Positions 35,101-49,668 of a stretch of DNA of 61,939 bases are shown here, in pieces. A program made the position numbers and the translations under genes. Location of the stretch: contig JBECUI020000050.1 in the NCBI GenBank assembly GCA_040954595.2, positions 1 through 61,939 of the forward strand. Reading direction: 5' to 3'. The notes below the pieces were generated by a model that saw only the letters and a program-made list of their open reading frames with translations, had not been told where the DNA came from and did not search any database. The stretch is from Balanoglossus misakiensis (lineage: Eukaryota > Animalia > Hemichordata). The first letter of the stretch is position 1. The number at the start of each line of letters is the position of its first letter.

Positions 35101-38100
35101 ACAAACTATTTGTAGGTAGTACTGTCACTGGATGTTACACGGGTGTTAGGATGCATCGCTAGTTTCAAAAACATAATTGCACTGAGATTGTTTCATTGAC
35201 CGCTAAATAATATATGCCACCAACCGATGTCTGTGCCCCTTAACACAAGGTTATAGTCAAGAATTCTTTCAGAATGACTGTGAACGTCTGTAATCCTTTG
35301 AGGGATCAGAGACGTCATAAAGATTTTATGGGACTGAATCCCAAAAGAGTCCCTGTTCTGTTTTTTACGACAGCCAGCGGGTACGATTGAAATGTGTGTA
35401 TCATAAATCTGATTTATACCCTCCACCACCACTAGATGAAAATATTCAAATAATTTAGAACAGTGAAGCAAGATGAAGATGTAATCAAAACACTTCAGAC
35501 AGTGTAAGACGCGAAGAGTGTCCACAAAACATGATTTTCCGCTCATTGCGAGATCTCGCGAGCCTAATTGGTTAATTACTGTAGCAACGGGTTGCTAGTC
35601 AAGTCATTGCTCATGTTTCCAATAGAACACAGAATCCTTTGACCTTAAAAAATTTAATAGAAAGTGTCTGTTTACAAATCTAATTGATTTGCATTGTAGG
35701 GCATCATTATAAGAGTAAGTCAGAGACAAGCCTTTTTCTAAGTGTTCCTGCACTACAACGATCTGGCTTTGGTGTATGAAGCAGCTTTCAGAGCACAGTT
35801 TTATCTGTCATATTTCATCCCTTGGCAGTATATATACAGAACGTAGATAGTTTTTGATTGCTTTATCACTTGGCGCAGACAGCTTTTTTGTCTCACGTTA
35901 ACAAGTCGAGGAGTTTTTATGTCAATAAAGTCTAATTGATGCCTGCAGCTACTTCGTTCCAGGGAATGATGATTGATGTCTCGTCTTATTTTGCCTCGTT
36001 CTGAATAGCCTAACAACAAGCTTGTTGAAAGATCGAAGTCTCGTCCATTTCACTCCATGAATTGTGGCTGACTATTCCCAGTGTCAGGGAAATCGAACGT
36101 GATCAGAATCAGAACGGACAGTTCTTGACACGACCACTAAAAGGGTTATAGCTGAAGGGCTTTACATACAAATGGCTGGGATTCTGTCAGCGTCCCATCG
36201 TTTGCAAACTCAAGGACAAAGCTCAGCTTGATGGTCTCAACTATTCAATCTTGTTGTGGGAAGGATGTATATACCATTTGAACGAAAGCATTACCGGGTA
36301 TTTTTAAATCATACAAATATGACAAAATTCTTTTCACTGTGTTGTAGATATCCCATCTAATTAGATTTTAATCTCTTTTTAACGGACCACAAAATAACTT
36401 TTGGACTAGTAGGCAAGGAAAAAGAATTCAATCATTGAATCGAAGATTGAGAATCGCATTGATTTCCGTCACTGCGGCTTTTCATGGTTGAGGGATTACA
36501 AATATTAACTTTGTGCGTGTTTTGCATGAGATATCAGCTGGAGACTGTAAAAACTGGCATGTGGACTGGCGGGTCCAGGTGGGAACATACATGTAACAAT
36601 TTATATTCCACCATTGAAATGTAATGTTGAATACGTCAGCAATTCCAGCTGCAGAATTGCTACATAACGAGCTCAGCCAATCATTCCTTAACAACATCAT
36701 GCCCACACCCGAGATATTTTTCAACTCTTGGTGAAGGGCAGGTCTCTGTTCGCTCACTGTTAACATTATTTATGCGCTGAATCAAAACCAGCTGGTGATT
36801 TTGTAGTTTAGAAGTTATTGCAGCTAGTTAATCGAAGGAACCATTCTGCAATTGAATGTTGAACAACATGACACGAAGTAATGTATCAAGTGTTATGCAT
36901 CCGTCAAACATAAAGAAATGCGTCAGTATTGCTACATCACACCCATGAGTTCAATAAACATCATAGTTCTGATTTTAATTGCCAATTCTAAACTGCGTTG
37001 CCACAACTGTTGTTTATACATCAGAGTTTCCAAAAGAAATACCTCACATCAGATTGTGGTGTGTTAGATCGTCATAATGCACGCACAGTGTCCAGATTGT
37101 ATTGGAAACAGTAAAAAGACACTGATGGTAGGCCTATACAGTTTGCGACTGTCACTTAAAAGCGGAGAGACATGATAGTACATGATTAATATTTGCAATC
37201 ATCTTACTCAAAGCTATTATATTAATCCGAATTATTACCTTGTATGTAACCCATTCCAAGGAACATATGACTTAAGCTGATTTTAAAACCATCCGGACAA
37301 AATTCCAAGCCACGGCAATATACAGCCATTGGTCGATATCACTTTACAATTACCTAACCATGGTGAAGCCATTAAGCCATGTTCTTGGAGATACAATTAC
37401 CAGTTTCCGATTTAATACTGATTGGACCGGAGATTGGCGCAATTATCCAACCTCCTTTTACTGTAAGCGAACACTAATAGAATCTTGCAGAATCATGCTG
37501 GAGATTTTACAGCCACTGTGTACTGTCTTCCTTTTACGGATATCACAGTCCTACATTTGATAACGTCAGTTGAATTTGTGTTCCTTTTGAACCGGTAAGT
37601 CTACGATAACTAAGCTGACTTCGAGTGGACTGAGATTAGAATGTGCGATTAAATGATAAATACAGAGAACCCCAATATGTATGGACAAAGTATTCATTCC
37701 TGTGTTCGTTCGACTTATTTAGATATCATTATTCAATAAGAGAAGACTTTTCTTTCTTTTATGACAACCTCAACAAAAGAAAGTAGTGCAGTTGATATTC
37801 TTGGCTTAATCGTTACCTAAGAATTGAGTTTAAGGTCAATGTTGTTTTCTTGAGATGAAACGAGTGTTAACAGTTCATCCGAAACATTCCACAACCACAC
37901 CATTAAATGAACTGGCACGTGGCCTTCTGTAAAATGGTTTGATCTCATTGTGTAAAGGTGACACAGCGCGATGAGATAAAATAACATGAAAGTTCTGTTG
38001 ACGAATAAGTAATTGCGTGTCTGCTGCTTGTTACCTATGGGCAATTACCCTCTGACAACTGAGTACTGCAATTTATCTTAATCACTGGCGAGACCATTTG

Positions 38101-41100
38101 GCACATGAAAAATCATGTCACGAAGGAGTACAGAGGGTAAAATGCTGGTGTGAAATGGTAAAAAAGAAAACTGTTCCAATCGTGATTGCTATAATTGTTC
38201 AAACCCACTTTATATTCAAGAATAATGACCCAATGGTATTCAAGGAAACACAGATTTCAAGAAACCTTCTTGATCTTTGTATCCTGGTGATACGAAGATT
38301 GCATTTAGATACAAAAGAGACTGATACACTGCACCATTTACAATGTTTATGAGGGTCGCGTCGCAATCTTTTGATGTTATTTTCCTAATCTTTCTTTCTA
38401 TGAAAAGTTGACCAATGTTATTTGGGCGAGTGAAACTGGATGAGTATTCCGTGACTGCAATAATAATCTCATTTTTGCGAAGGTTGTATGGGTGTGTTAC
38501 ATTTGACCTTGGACTTCATGATCAAATGTTATACATCTTTTTGTCTGTGGTTACATTGCAGACGTTAATTTCCTGAGGTTACAATGTAAGCTAACTGGCA
38601 ATATTAGACATCTACGTCTATATAGGCAAATAACTGTCCATATGTCATTCAACAACATGGTATGCTCTTATTCAAGAACTCACACACAACATAATGTGTA
38701 GAAATAATGGCGAGTACACCCATTTCAAGATTTATGAGCAATTTTGCAAATTACTGCTTGGCATCTAGAGCATGCTAATAAGTCAGGTCGATGGAAACAG
38801 AGCCACTTTGGCCATGCGAGTAAAAGGTTCAATTCTGTTCCTAGTTTAAAACTGTGCAGCGGGCGTTACATCATTAGTGGAAGAAATCTAATGATATCAC
38901 ACAGTTCTGCCTCCTACAAGTCTAATGCGCAGAAGTGGTTGACACGCAGTGTGAGCCAGCGCTACTGAACAGCACGCTTCGCCCCCTTATTGCTTTTACA
39001 AAGAATAAACTTTTGTTGAGCAATATAAACCACTATTTAAATAAACCATCCATAAGAAATAAAACCAGCTGTAATTTGTGATTATTTTAGTACTATTTGT
39101 TTCTGTGCATCGACATGTACATTCCCGTTACATTTCCTTTTGGCTTGCCACCGCAGTGTGTAGATGTGTGTCACAGTACATTCTGGTAATTGACGTTTTA
39201 ATTTAATTATGGACTTCAAGTCCAATTATCAATGTTAATAGTGCTAACAATGCATGGACAAATTATGTTGACATTCCGGATAGTGAATGTTTCAACACAC
39301 GCTGGTGAGAAGAACAGTCAAATATAGTCGATGCAAGGGACAAAAAATTCGGCAAAAAATATCAAACATAGCACTTAAGTGCATTGAACTCAAACATCAC
39401 CGGCACAGATATAGTTAAGAAATGATTACTAATGCATGTGTATTTCATTAAGTTTTTTTACGTCTTGAATAATATATTGGCAATTAAACTGAATTAAAAT
39501 GGTCATAAATTCTAGTGCAAATGTCAAAGTATAATTACTATTTATCACAATTTATTGACTGTTGCTGTAGCATTTACCATATCACCTAACATAATTGAGA
39601 TATCGCAGATTCATGTGGTACATGCTAGAATCATTAACTTTGGACATCAACAGCACAGATAACCACATCCATCTCTGTGAATCAAGGCCACAGTTGACAG
39701 TCATCATTGAGACAATAATATACATGGATTTTATTTTCCATAAAGCATATCCTACAATGTTAACTTGTACCAAATGAAAGTGACGCCAGCTTTACCTGAG
39801 GCAATATGGTGTCTGTAAGAATGCCTTATAAGCCTTTAATTCCTTTGTTAAAAGCAACAGACAGACGAAGATTATCAATAAGTAAAGCAGGTAAAGGCGT
39901 GCTTCAGGTATAGTTTTCTTTTGGTCAGACGTAATCGTTTGTATCTTAGTGACGACTTTCTCGCGATAATAAAAGAGCCGTATTCTATAACGGCAGAAAA
40001 ATCCATTTTATAGTCGACTTCCTATTTACTTTTTCCGGTGTAAGTTACAACATTTTCCTTTGAACGGGGAAATGAATGAATGAATGGCAGAGAAGTGACG
40101 GTAGCAGCAAAGACATAAGAATGCTTTTGAACACTATTCTATCGTTACTTATATGTGCTTTTCTCGACTGATTAAACCATTCACACCAGTGCATATCGCA
40201 AAGTGTCAACTCATCTACGACAGAAACGTGGGTCGATGTAAAACAAAAAATACTCACGGCCGACGGTTCCACCAAGGCTCCATATTTTTAGACTTCATTT
40301 CTGCTTTTAGAGCGAGAGAGCACTCGAAAAATACAGTTAATTATCGTCCAAGCACCGATGGATTTTTCCGGCAGTAGTGCAAGAATGTAGGGAGAGCGTG
40401 TTGTGAAATGTGTAGACTGGCAGTGAATTCCCGCTCTGTGTACACAGGCACGCGTCGTAGAATTTAGTTTCGAGTGAAATGGACACGCCGAGAGGGATTG
40501 TAAAAACGGTGCACCAATCACGTACAATCTCGTCCCTTCATTTGCATCGCTAGTAGACGGGGGAGGTTGCCATGGTAACGCTTTGCCTGAGTAAATAGGA
40601 CTGATAGCTTCATGAGCTTATCACAGCCTACATCCCTGACCAATCTTGTCTGGGTCTCACAATCGATCACACATAGGCGTATGAGCTTCACACGTACATG
40701 TAATTCCAGCTTGCATTCAAAGGCGGGTTTTGTTCCAAGAGAAACGCGCGTCTAGTGCCAACCCATTACCAAAGAAAAGACACTCATCTCTCCTGGTTAT
40801 CAGATCTTAAAGGGTTTTGAGACTGGGGGATTGAAAATGCCATTTCATGCGATTAACTCCAGATTACACCTTACTTGATTGTACGCTTTCAAAAGAAACC
40901 AATGTCATGAACGAAACTGTGAGCATGCGCGGCTGTATTTTTTCTACAAAATTGAATGATTTAGCACTTGCATGTCATCTCAAGAATTGTTAAAGTATAC
41001 TGTTTTCTTTATTTTCATAACCATCATTATTTCTTAGTTCTCCGCGATATGATTTATTGTAATGGGATTTTGTTATCTCCCCTTTCTCTTCTTAGAGTCG

Positions 41101-41316
41101 CCTTTTTGTTATCGCGTTGAATTAACGCCTCCGCAAGGGTCCTCTATCAGCATTAGCGTTCATCAAATGGCCATCTTGACTTACAAGAGACGAAGTTAAC
41201 ATCTTGTTTCGTGGGGTGGGTCGTACCGTGTTCATTAATAAGGGAAAATATATCTATGGATTACCATCAGGTTCTACTGAAACATGTTAAATTATTGCTT
41301 CATCTCTTCTTTCACA

Positions 41317-41461
41317 GTGTGTGTGTATGTGTGTGTGTATGTGCGTCTGTACCGGTATGTATATATGTATGTATGTATGTGTGTATGTATGTATGTATGT
41401 ATGTATGTATGTATGTATGTATGTATGTATGTATGTATGTACCGTATGTATGTATGTATGT
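41317..41461. repeat. Compound (GT)n/(TATG)n microsatellite
   Basis: Directly visible; it produces the spurious CMYV ORFs. Confidence 0.97.
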
Positions 41462-42650
41462 GAGTTTACTGTGTATGTGATTCATATGACGATATGGTTG
41501 ATCCTATAGTGTTTGCATTTTATAGCTAAACAGAGAGCGTGAAAAAAGCCTTAAACAGACACATATCCATAACGCTATCATAACGACACAAATACTTTCT
41601 GCAAGTTATGCAGAAGCATAGCAACGCTCTTCCTTTCGTCGACAACTAACCACAAAACACAGGTATGTCACATATCATATGCACATGAATGATATATGAG
41701 TAGAACTCTAACCTACATTACCAGATCACCCAACAAATGGATCTGTGCTCACAATGGCTGAACCGTATCACCATCACTGTAACATGCAAATTTTTGTGGA
41801 ATTTATCTTTATTAAAACACATTTCTTTTGTTGCAATATTGAGCACAGTCCTGTGGATCAACACATACAAGATAAATGAATCTAATTGTGTTCTACCACA
41901 CCACTACCCTGCTGTGTTCAATTACCAATGGCCTCTAACCTGCATTGTGATATTTCTGCCTTCAAAACTCAAGACACTACTAATGCTCAATTGCAAAGAG
42001 GCCTCCTGAAATCATCTGAGTTTATGTAATAAAGTTCAATCAAGGAATGTTGTATTTGCTAAAATTTACGTAGAGTGGTAATACTTTTCCACGATTGTTG
42101 TTTCTCTGTATGTTTATCAAGCCCATCGATAAGAAACACCCGCCACAAGAACAGCGCCATCTACCATTATTGTTTGGAGACTTCTTTTTTTCAGACCGAA
42201 TTGAATAAAGTCACTTGAGTTGTATCCCAAACGAATCTAGGTTCATCGCGCCCTCTATAGTACAAATGGGAATTATTATTTCTATAGCTGATCGCATACA
42301 CACATACATAGCGCATACCAGACATGTTATATGATTTCAGAGTTGACGACAAACATCAGTTTACGACGCCCAGGCAATTGATATTCTAAATATTCACATA
42401 TGAAGTAGAAAATATCTCCATGCGATTACTTGTCTTTTAGGTATTCGATTCCGGTTCAATTTGCAAAAATATTTTGAACAAAGTAATATCCGCATACCCT
42501 ACAAAGGTCGTCAACTGTTTCCGACAGTTTGTGACGTTAAAGTACACGTCAGTGTGAAGTCAATATACTTCAACTACTCCTACGATGTAGATGTGCCACT
42601 TGACACTATGTTTCCTGAAAATTTTACTGCAGTATAAAGCGAGAACGCTT

Positions 42651-42868
42651 GTATGTATGTATGTATGTATGTATGTATGTATGTATGTATGTATGTATGT
42701 ATGTATGTATGTATGTATGTACATGTATGTATGTATGTATGTATGTATGTATGTATGTATGTATGTATGTATGTATGTATGTATGTATGTATGTATGTAG
42801 TGTATGTATGTATGTATGTATGTATGTATGTATGTATGTATGTATGTATGTATGTATGTATGTATGTA
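42651..42868. repeat. (TATG)n microsatellite, ~54 units
   Basis: Directly visible, with two small interruptions. Confidence 0.98.
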
Positions 42869-45800
42869 TAATGAATAACTCTCATCACTATCTATATTAT
42901 TGGGAGGTAATAATGTATTGATAAACTTTATAAAGTGTGCACCAATGATTGATGAACTCATCGAGTCTGACATTTAAACAGTCCGTGAAAGGAGATGAGT
43001 ATTCCCACAGATGACACACTATTGGTTCAAACACATTATCTATATAGAGATATTTCATTTCGAGACGGTATTGTTTTGAAGGGTTGACATGCACCTCCAG
43101 GATACCCCCAACTACTGTAATTTCCTTTTCCACATACAACAGAAATGAGACCACTCTTGTGAAACAGCAAGTCCCAGACATTCATTTGTCCATGAATCAA
43201 GTCACAGAGAAGCTTGCTTTTGTTTCAATTATATCATCTTGATCATGTGATGTTATGTTTTATTAGCGTCGGAAAGCTAAGTCTGATTTATAAAGGCCTG
43301 ATATAAAGGAAAAGAATTACTGTCCTTTAAGTCAAACAAAAGCCGCTCAATTATAACTGTTTCACCGGTGGCTATTTCATGCTGAGTGGTTTAGTGAGAG
43401 CCAGCAAGATGGATGCAATGAATCATTTATCTGCCATGCGAATTGTTGTATATGCGCGTAATGTATTGGTGGCGAAATTTACACAAGCGTTGAGTGTGAA
43501 TGTGCCAAGGACATAATCATTAATTAATATACATTTTTAAATTAATTTAATGTGATTGAACGTTCCTTCCCCCCTTAAAGGTGGAGTGAACACGCACCTT
43601 TGTTGTGGGACTTGAATTCCAAAACTAAAGTTATAACCACAGCTCCCGTGTTGTGTCAATTGCAGTAATTGTATTGTGTTAGGAAATGGTTGCGTGGCAA
43701 CGAGCTACACAGGTAGCTTCCAGAAAAAAATACTTCAGAGATATTGCCAATGTACAGTAATAAGCCTGGTACTGTGTCGGTTTTATGTGATAATCATGGA
43801 ACTTGTATGATAACCATGCACCATTCCATTCTAAATTACGAGAGTGTGGTCACAGTGTGATAGAAAAGTATGATTAGTTTACTTTTATTTGAAATGCACA
43901 TGTACATGTACACTTATACATATCCAGCGGTGAATGCAAACGATCGAGGCAATATGACGAAAGTTTTTTTGTCGGTCAAGGTCGTAAAAATTAATTCCAA
44001 GGGTATTTTTTTAAATCGATTTCTTCTTCCAATTGTACTTTTGCGATGAAATGTAAATAAAATGTATGGATGATAGCACCGTACATTACTTTCCGTCAAA
44101 CACTATTATTATTCTTTTTCGACGAAGCATATAAAGCCATTTTGAAAGCAATCATGGTCAGAGAATGTTCAAAAAGTGAACGTAAAGAACCTCTCTTGGA
44201 TGCAATTACCCTACTGCTTTTATCAGGTACCAAATCCAGATAATATGTCACTAAATGTCAATGGTATCTGTGCAGTGCTTGGATATTTTGACATTTGATG
44301 CATGGCAGCTCAGTATTTATCACTGGTGTGTGTTCTATCCATTTACAAATGAATATTGCTTGACCTTTATGGGATATCGTGTACAAAGAGTGGGATGACC
44401 AAGGAAAAAGTTATCATTATCAAGTCAGCATGGCGTAGAGGCAGCGTTTCTATGATACCAGGAACTCTGCTGTCTTGTTGCCATGGAAATCACCGCAAGC
44501 AGTGAGCAATGGAGGTCATTCGACTCGCCTTGTTGTATGCGCCCAACCCCTACTCCTAATGGTCACTGTTTGCCGTCCGATCAAAATGATGAGAACTCGA
44601 TCAAATGATCTTCAGAGAAGTTACTCCAGGAGCACTATTTATGAACCATAATTTTTATCAATCCCAAATAACAAAAGAGCTTTGAGAGACCCAACTGTTC
44701 CAAGCATTTTCTAATGAATTTGCTTTTTGAACACGCTAACTTGAAATATATATGCGTAAAGCTGATCATTTACTTTTACAACAAGTAAAGCATGTAGGAT
44801 TCCCTTACATTTATGCGATGACAAAGTATGGTTAGTAGATTTAAGAGGTTTGCAGATAATTTTTATGGTTTAATCAGATGGTTCTTTTATTGATGAAGTC
44901 TGACTGTTTGGCATTTATCTTTTATGGATGATGAGCCGAGAGGTCTAAAATATCTTCACGACACACAGAATATTTGTGTGACTTGCTGACGCACTGTCAC
45001 GTTTATGGAAACCTCAACTGCAACAGTTGTTGCTTACTAGTATGTTTATAATAGATAGATATAATTGTCAGGTGAAAACCACACACTGAAATGAGCAGAA
45101 ACCTGCACACAATGTTCTTCTGCGTACGCATATAAACATTAATTTGCAATCGACCTTTCTCTTTCTTTACAACCATGCTGTGAACACCCACGCATCAATA
45201 GAAGGATTCACACATCCATGATGCGTTCCAGATAATCTAGCGACGCATTTCATTGACTTCACCTTTCTTCCAAATATGAAACAAACTATTCTTTTCAAAT
45301 AATCTGAAAGCTTGATAGTTTTGCAATCACAATTTCACAAAAATGAGGACCAAACACAACGTGAGTAATTGTCTTTGGAAACTCATTATTATGTCCCTTA
45401 ATTGAAGCTTATCAGAATAAAAGAAAACTACAGAGAAGACATGACTTGAGAGGCCACATGCATCCAGCCATGTTTATGACGTTCTCTCTTCTTATCAAAG
45501 TCCAATTCACGATACATCTCCTTGACAAGGAATAATCACTTAATATGCCGCAGCGTCATGGTGTGTAACATACTATCTCAGATTTCACTTATCTAGATGT
45601 GTCAGTAAGATTTCAATTTCACCATCGAACATCTTCGCGTGCGAATATGCCACAATAATAGCATGATGATCAAAGGAATGGTTTATCTATAGATATGGTA
45701 TATACGAAAATTGTCGTTAGTGCAAATTTGTTGCTATAGAAAAAGATAACATGCCTTTTAGACATGGTTCGCTAACTTTCAATGGCATGTCAATAAACCC

Positions 45801-48800
45801 GTTGATGCAATTAATCGTGGCATGTTTGCTAGTTCTGGATAATGACTTTATTTGGTTAACTGCGGATACATTGCAGGAAACAGGGTTTGCTCACTCTTTT
45901 TAGACACTAGCCATCAATACTTGATCATATGTCATACATCACAAAGCATATGTGACTATTTCAACTGTTGGAAACCACTCAACATTGTTCATTTTTCCTT
46001 CGCGTAATCGCACAATAGCAAAACAGCGGTAGATTTTGGACTACGTCTAATTTCCCTTCGCAAATGGGAACACAACAAAATGGACGCCGGCGTCACAAGT
46101 ACTTCAGCTGACATCGACAAGTGTGGCAGCATTCTCAAAGGGATGTGACGCCCTCAAAGTACGACATAATAATTAAAAGGAAATGTGCCACGAGGCCATT
46201 TCCAATGGTAATCGTTATTTCCGACATTGTTGACAACATCGATCAACTACACAGGCATGGTCTACCACTTTACCTTCGCGGCTGTGTGTCGCATTTATTC
46301 ATTGGTCCCACTGAGTTAATTGGATTGGCCCACAGCGAAAGATGTCCGAGAAGGACAAGAGTAAAATTAGGGTCGTTGTCTATAAGCAAATTGACCTTTG
46401 TAAAATGTTCCCTTGCATGGAGACATACTTTAGATCACAAAATTGTATAACTAAATTATTTTTTTTTTCATTTTATGCAGGAAGTTAATTCCTGCACTAT
46501 TTTCTTCAATATATGACCACAATATACAGTATGTGTACAGTGTCATCTTATTTGAGTAAGCATTGCATTTTCCTCTGGATTAAATCACACTAACAAAGGC
46601 ATCGTTTCAACCATATGGTTCATGAGGATAAGTATCGCACTTCGGGTAATATTTCATTGTGTGGAACGGTTTATTCGACGCATGCCAGATGCGCTTCACG
46701 GCAGTTTTCATAATTTATCACTGCCGTTTTCAACAGTTAGGTGTATTTATTTTCCAAAACCTTATCATGATAGAAAGTATCACAAACCCAGCCAAGTGAT
46801 CAATCTGATCCTGCCTGTGCAATGTACCAGTGTCAACTATACAATAACATTGACTGAAGATAGAATGAACAGAGGTCATAAATATTTCTACCATAAAAAA
46901 AACTGAACAATTCAATATATAATTTCGCCAATTTATTAATTACTTTAGGCATAGCACCTGCTATAAACAACATTGTTTTTCAAAACATATGGATTATGAA
47001 TTATACATCAGAGCTGAGAATATGTTTTTATTATTCATTTGATAATAAATAACTTATAAATGTTTTGAAGAGCAGTTCATCTCAGTTGTGATTTTCTGTT
47101 TGCAATACGTATACGAATAAATGATGCATGACTTACTTGGACATCCGTTTAAAACATAAAGCGTAGGTGATTAACTTCCTTCAAGGACCTATTCACAATC
47201 TATTTTATCATCAAGCAATGGCAAAATGTAGTGTGGGTATGTATGTATGTAATATGTATATCTATGAGGTCAAATGCGAATATATTCAAATTTTAGAAAA
47301 TTTTTCTGTTTAATATATCTGGATGTCTTTACTGATTATTTACTAGTGTGCTTCATTACGTAACATTTCTTTATAATGTATATCAACTCATCCTCACTAT
47401 AGTTCGATCATCCTAGCATCTGTTGGAAAACAGTCGGTCTGTGTATCATTATGACCTACGTCATCGATGTGATATTGGATCGCCACGTTACAGTAAACCC
47501 TGATCTGTTTAATTTCACCGACCGCAGTGTGACTTCGCCCTGTGGCAATAATCACAGCAATGCTTTTGCAAAGCGCGCACACACAAACCAAATTACTCGA
47601 GTTACTGTGAATGAGTTCTCTCTGCAAGAATCTCCACTGATCTCCTATTTAGCCGTTACGGTATATTGAAAAGTAAGAAAGAAAAAAAACACTTGAGTTT
47701 GCTTCCACAACTACTGACTAGATGTATATTCCCAAAAACAATCAACAAAATACGTCCATTCTACAAGTATATAATACAATCATGATATCACAAACAATGG
47801 TAACTATAATTTGTTCATATCTCACCTCTAAAACGCACGTTTCATAAATTCGTCACCATTTTTTGCTAAAAGGGCGTCAATTGATATTATTTATTCTTAT
47901 TTTCCAATGAGGACAACTTTGCAAACATGAGCATGCTGGATGTTCACGAAATTGTTACTCACTGTATCTGTGCAAAACACTTTTGAAACATGTATGCAAA
48001 AATGTCAGATATTATGTTCATACTGTTCGATTGTCTACCATGGTTTTAATCTATTAAACCAAACCCAATAGGAATAACAAACACTGACAATACAACATAA
48101 ATTGCTTATGCGATGAAATATGAATGAAGTAGCCATGAGGAACTATACGAAAGTGACTGCTTATTGAGTAAAACCAACCATGTCAAATTACCATAACTTG
48201 CACCAAGTTGGATAATTCAATTACATATAAATGGCAATTGGAGAGAAAGCTAAGCACATAATTACTGAATTGTTAAGATGTTGGAAATTAATTAATAATG
48301 AACTCACACAAGTCGAAGTAGGCGCTCCTCACGGGTTGCCATTTCACTCAGGCTTCAGCTAGATAACAACTGTGAACAGGCCTTTGGCGGCTGCTATGTG
48401 ATTGAAATCCATCCAATTAAATCGACGGTGTCTATACGCGTCGAGAACGTCAAAGACCCGACTGTTGTAAGTCGCAATCACTCGGAAATAGGAATCCTTC
48501 AAGAGTTATGAACTCAGTAGCACTAGTGGTGTCGAGCACTGAGAAGCTGCCTCTCGTTTGATGTCTTTGAAATTTGGACCAGTTTCGGTAGAGTAGTAGT
48601 TCTTGTTGTTAGTGCGCAGGTGCGAGTATGCAAATGACTGTTGGCAAGGGAGTCTCGATGGACTAAGGCAGATCTCAATCATATGGTGACAGCCATGTCT
48701 CAAAATATCTGAATGATTGATCACCAGATACGAAATTCGAATTACAAGCTCAGTAACCAAATTAGAAAAATAGGTTTAGGAAATCCCCAATCAGAAGTTA

Positions 48801-49591
48801 CAACTTAAGTTTTCTATCATTTGTAGGAAAGTGTCCCGTTGAAACACTTTGTAAGCACACAATTTATCAATATGCCAAGTCTGCAATGAGCAACAACCAC
48901 TCATGTGTGATGCGTTTTCTTTGTTTCATTGGGTTTAGACAGAAATCATAACCACAATATTAAGAGTCTTAGACATTTGCTTGTCTTCTTCTCAATGAAA
49001 CACAACTGACGTAACGCATCTATTTTAAGTCACTGAAAATCTGGAGAAACTGCTATAATTTCAAGGTCATGAGTATACAATCTTGTCTACATATACATGA
49101 GATTTCCTCCTTAAGTTCTTCCGTTGTGCCAGCAAAAAACTGCTTAATTTCAAATTTAACGACCGGCGTCATCCGTTTGCTGTGGAACGGGGATATGTCC
49201 CGGAGGCACATATAAACTGCTTCTTTATTGGATGCAAGAGAAATAGAAGAAATCAGTGAAGGAAGATAAAGCTGTCACGAAAGCGGAGCGAGCTACAACA
49301 CCTGCCCTACTTGACACAAATGCAATACTGATCTCAGGAGTGCATTAAAAGTAAAGGACCTGGCCTAATCCACAAAATCTCTTATCCACAACTTATTGTT
49401 CTGTCGTCTCGATGAGGCAGTATTAACTCAATGTGCTCTTCATCAAAGCTGAGATGACAGGTCAATCTTTTCAACCATAAATGTATTAATACCTGATGTG
49501 TGATAATTTCAATTTCGTGAATGTAGAAGCTGACATCCAGGGGATGACTGCATTTTGGATTTTGTGTTCAGCACAATTAAAGGGCCTAAGT

Positions 49592-49668
49592 ATCATCTTA
49601 TGTGCATGTGCCAAACCAGAGACTCTGGTTACAAAAATTGCATAGAGTCAATGCCATAAGGCAGTGTG
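49592..49668 (+). repeat. Dispersed repeat, copy 2 (77 bp)
   Basis: Ungapped match to 25492-25568 in the same orientation, 24,100 bp away. Confidence 0.9.
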
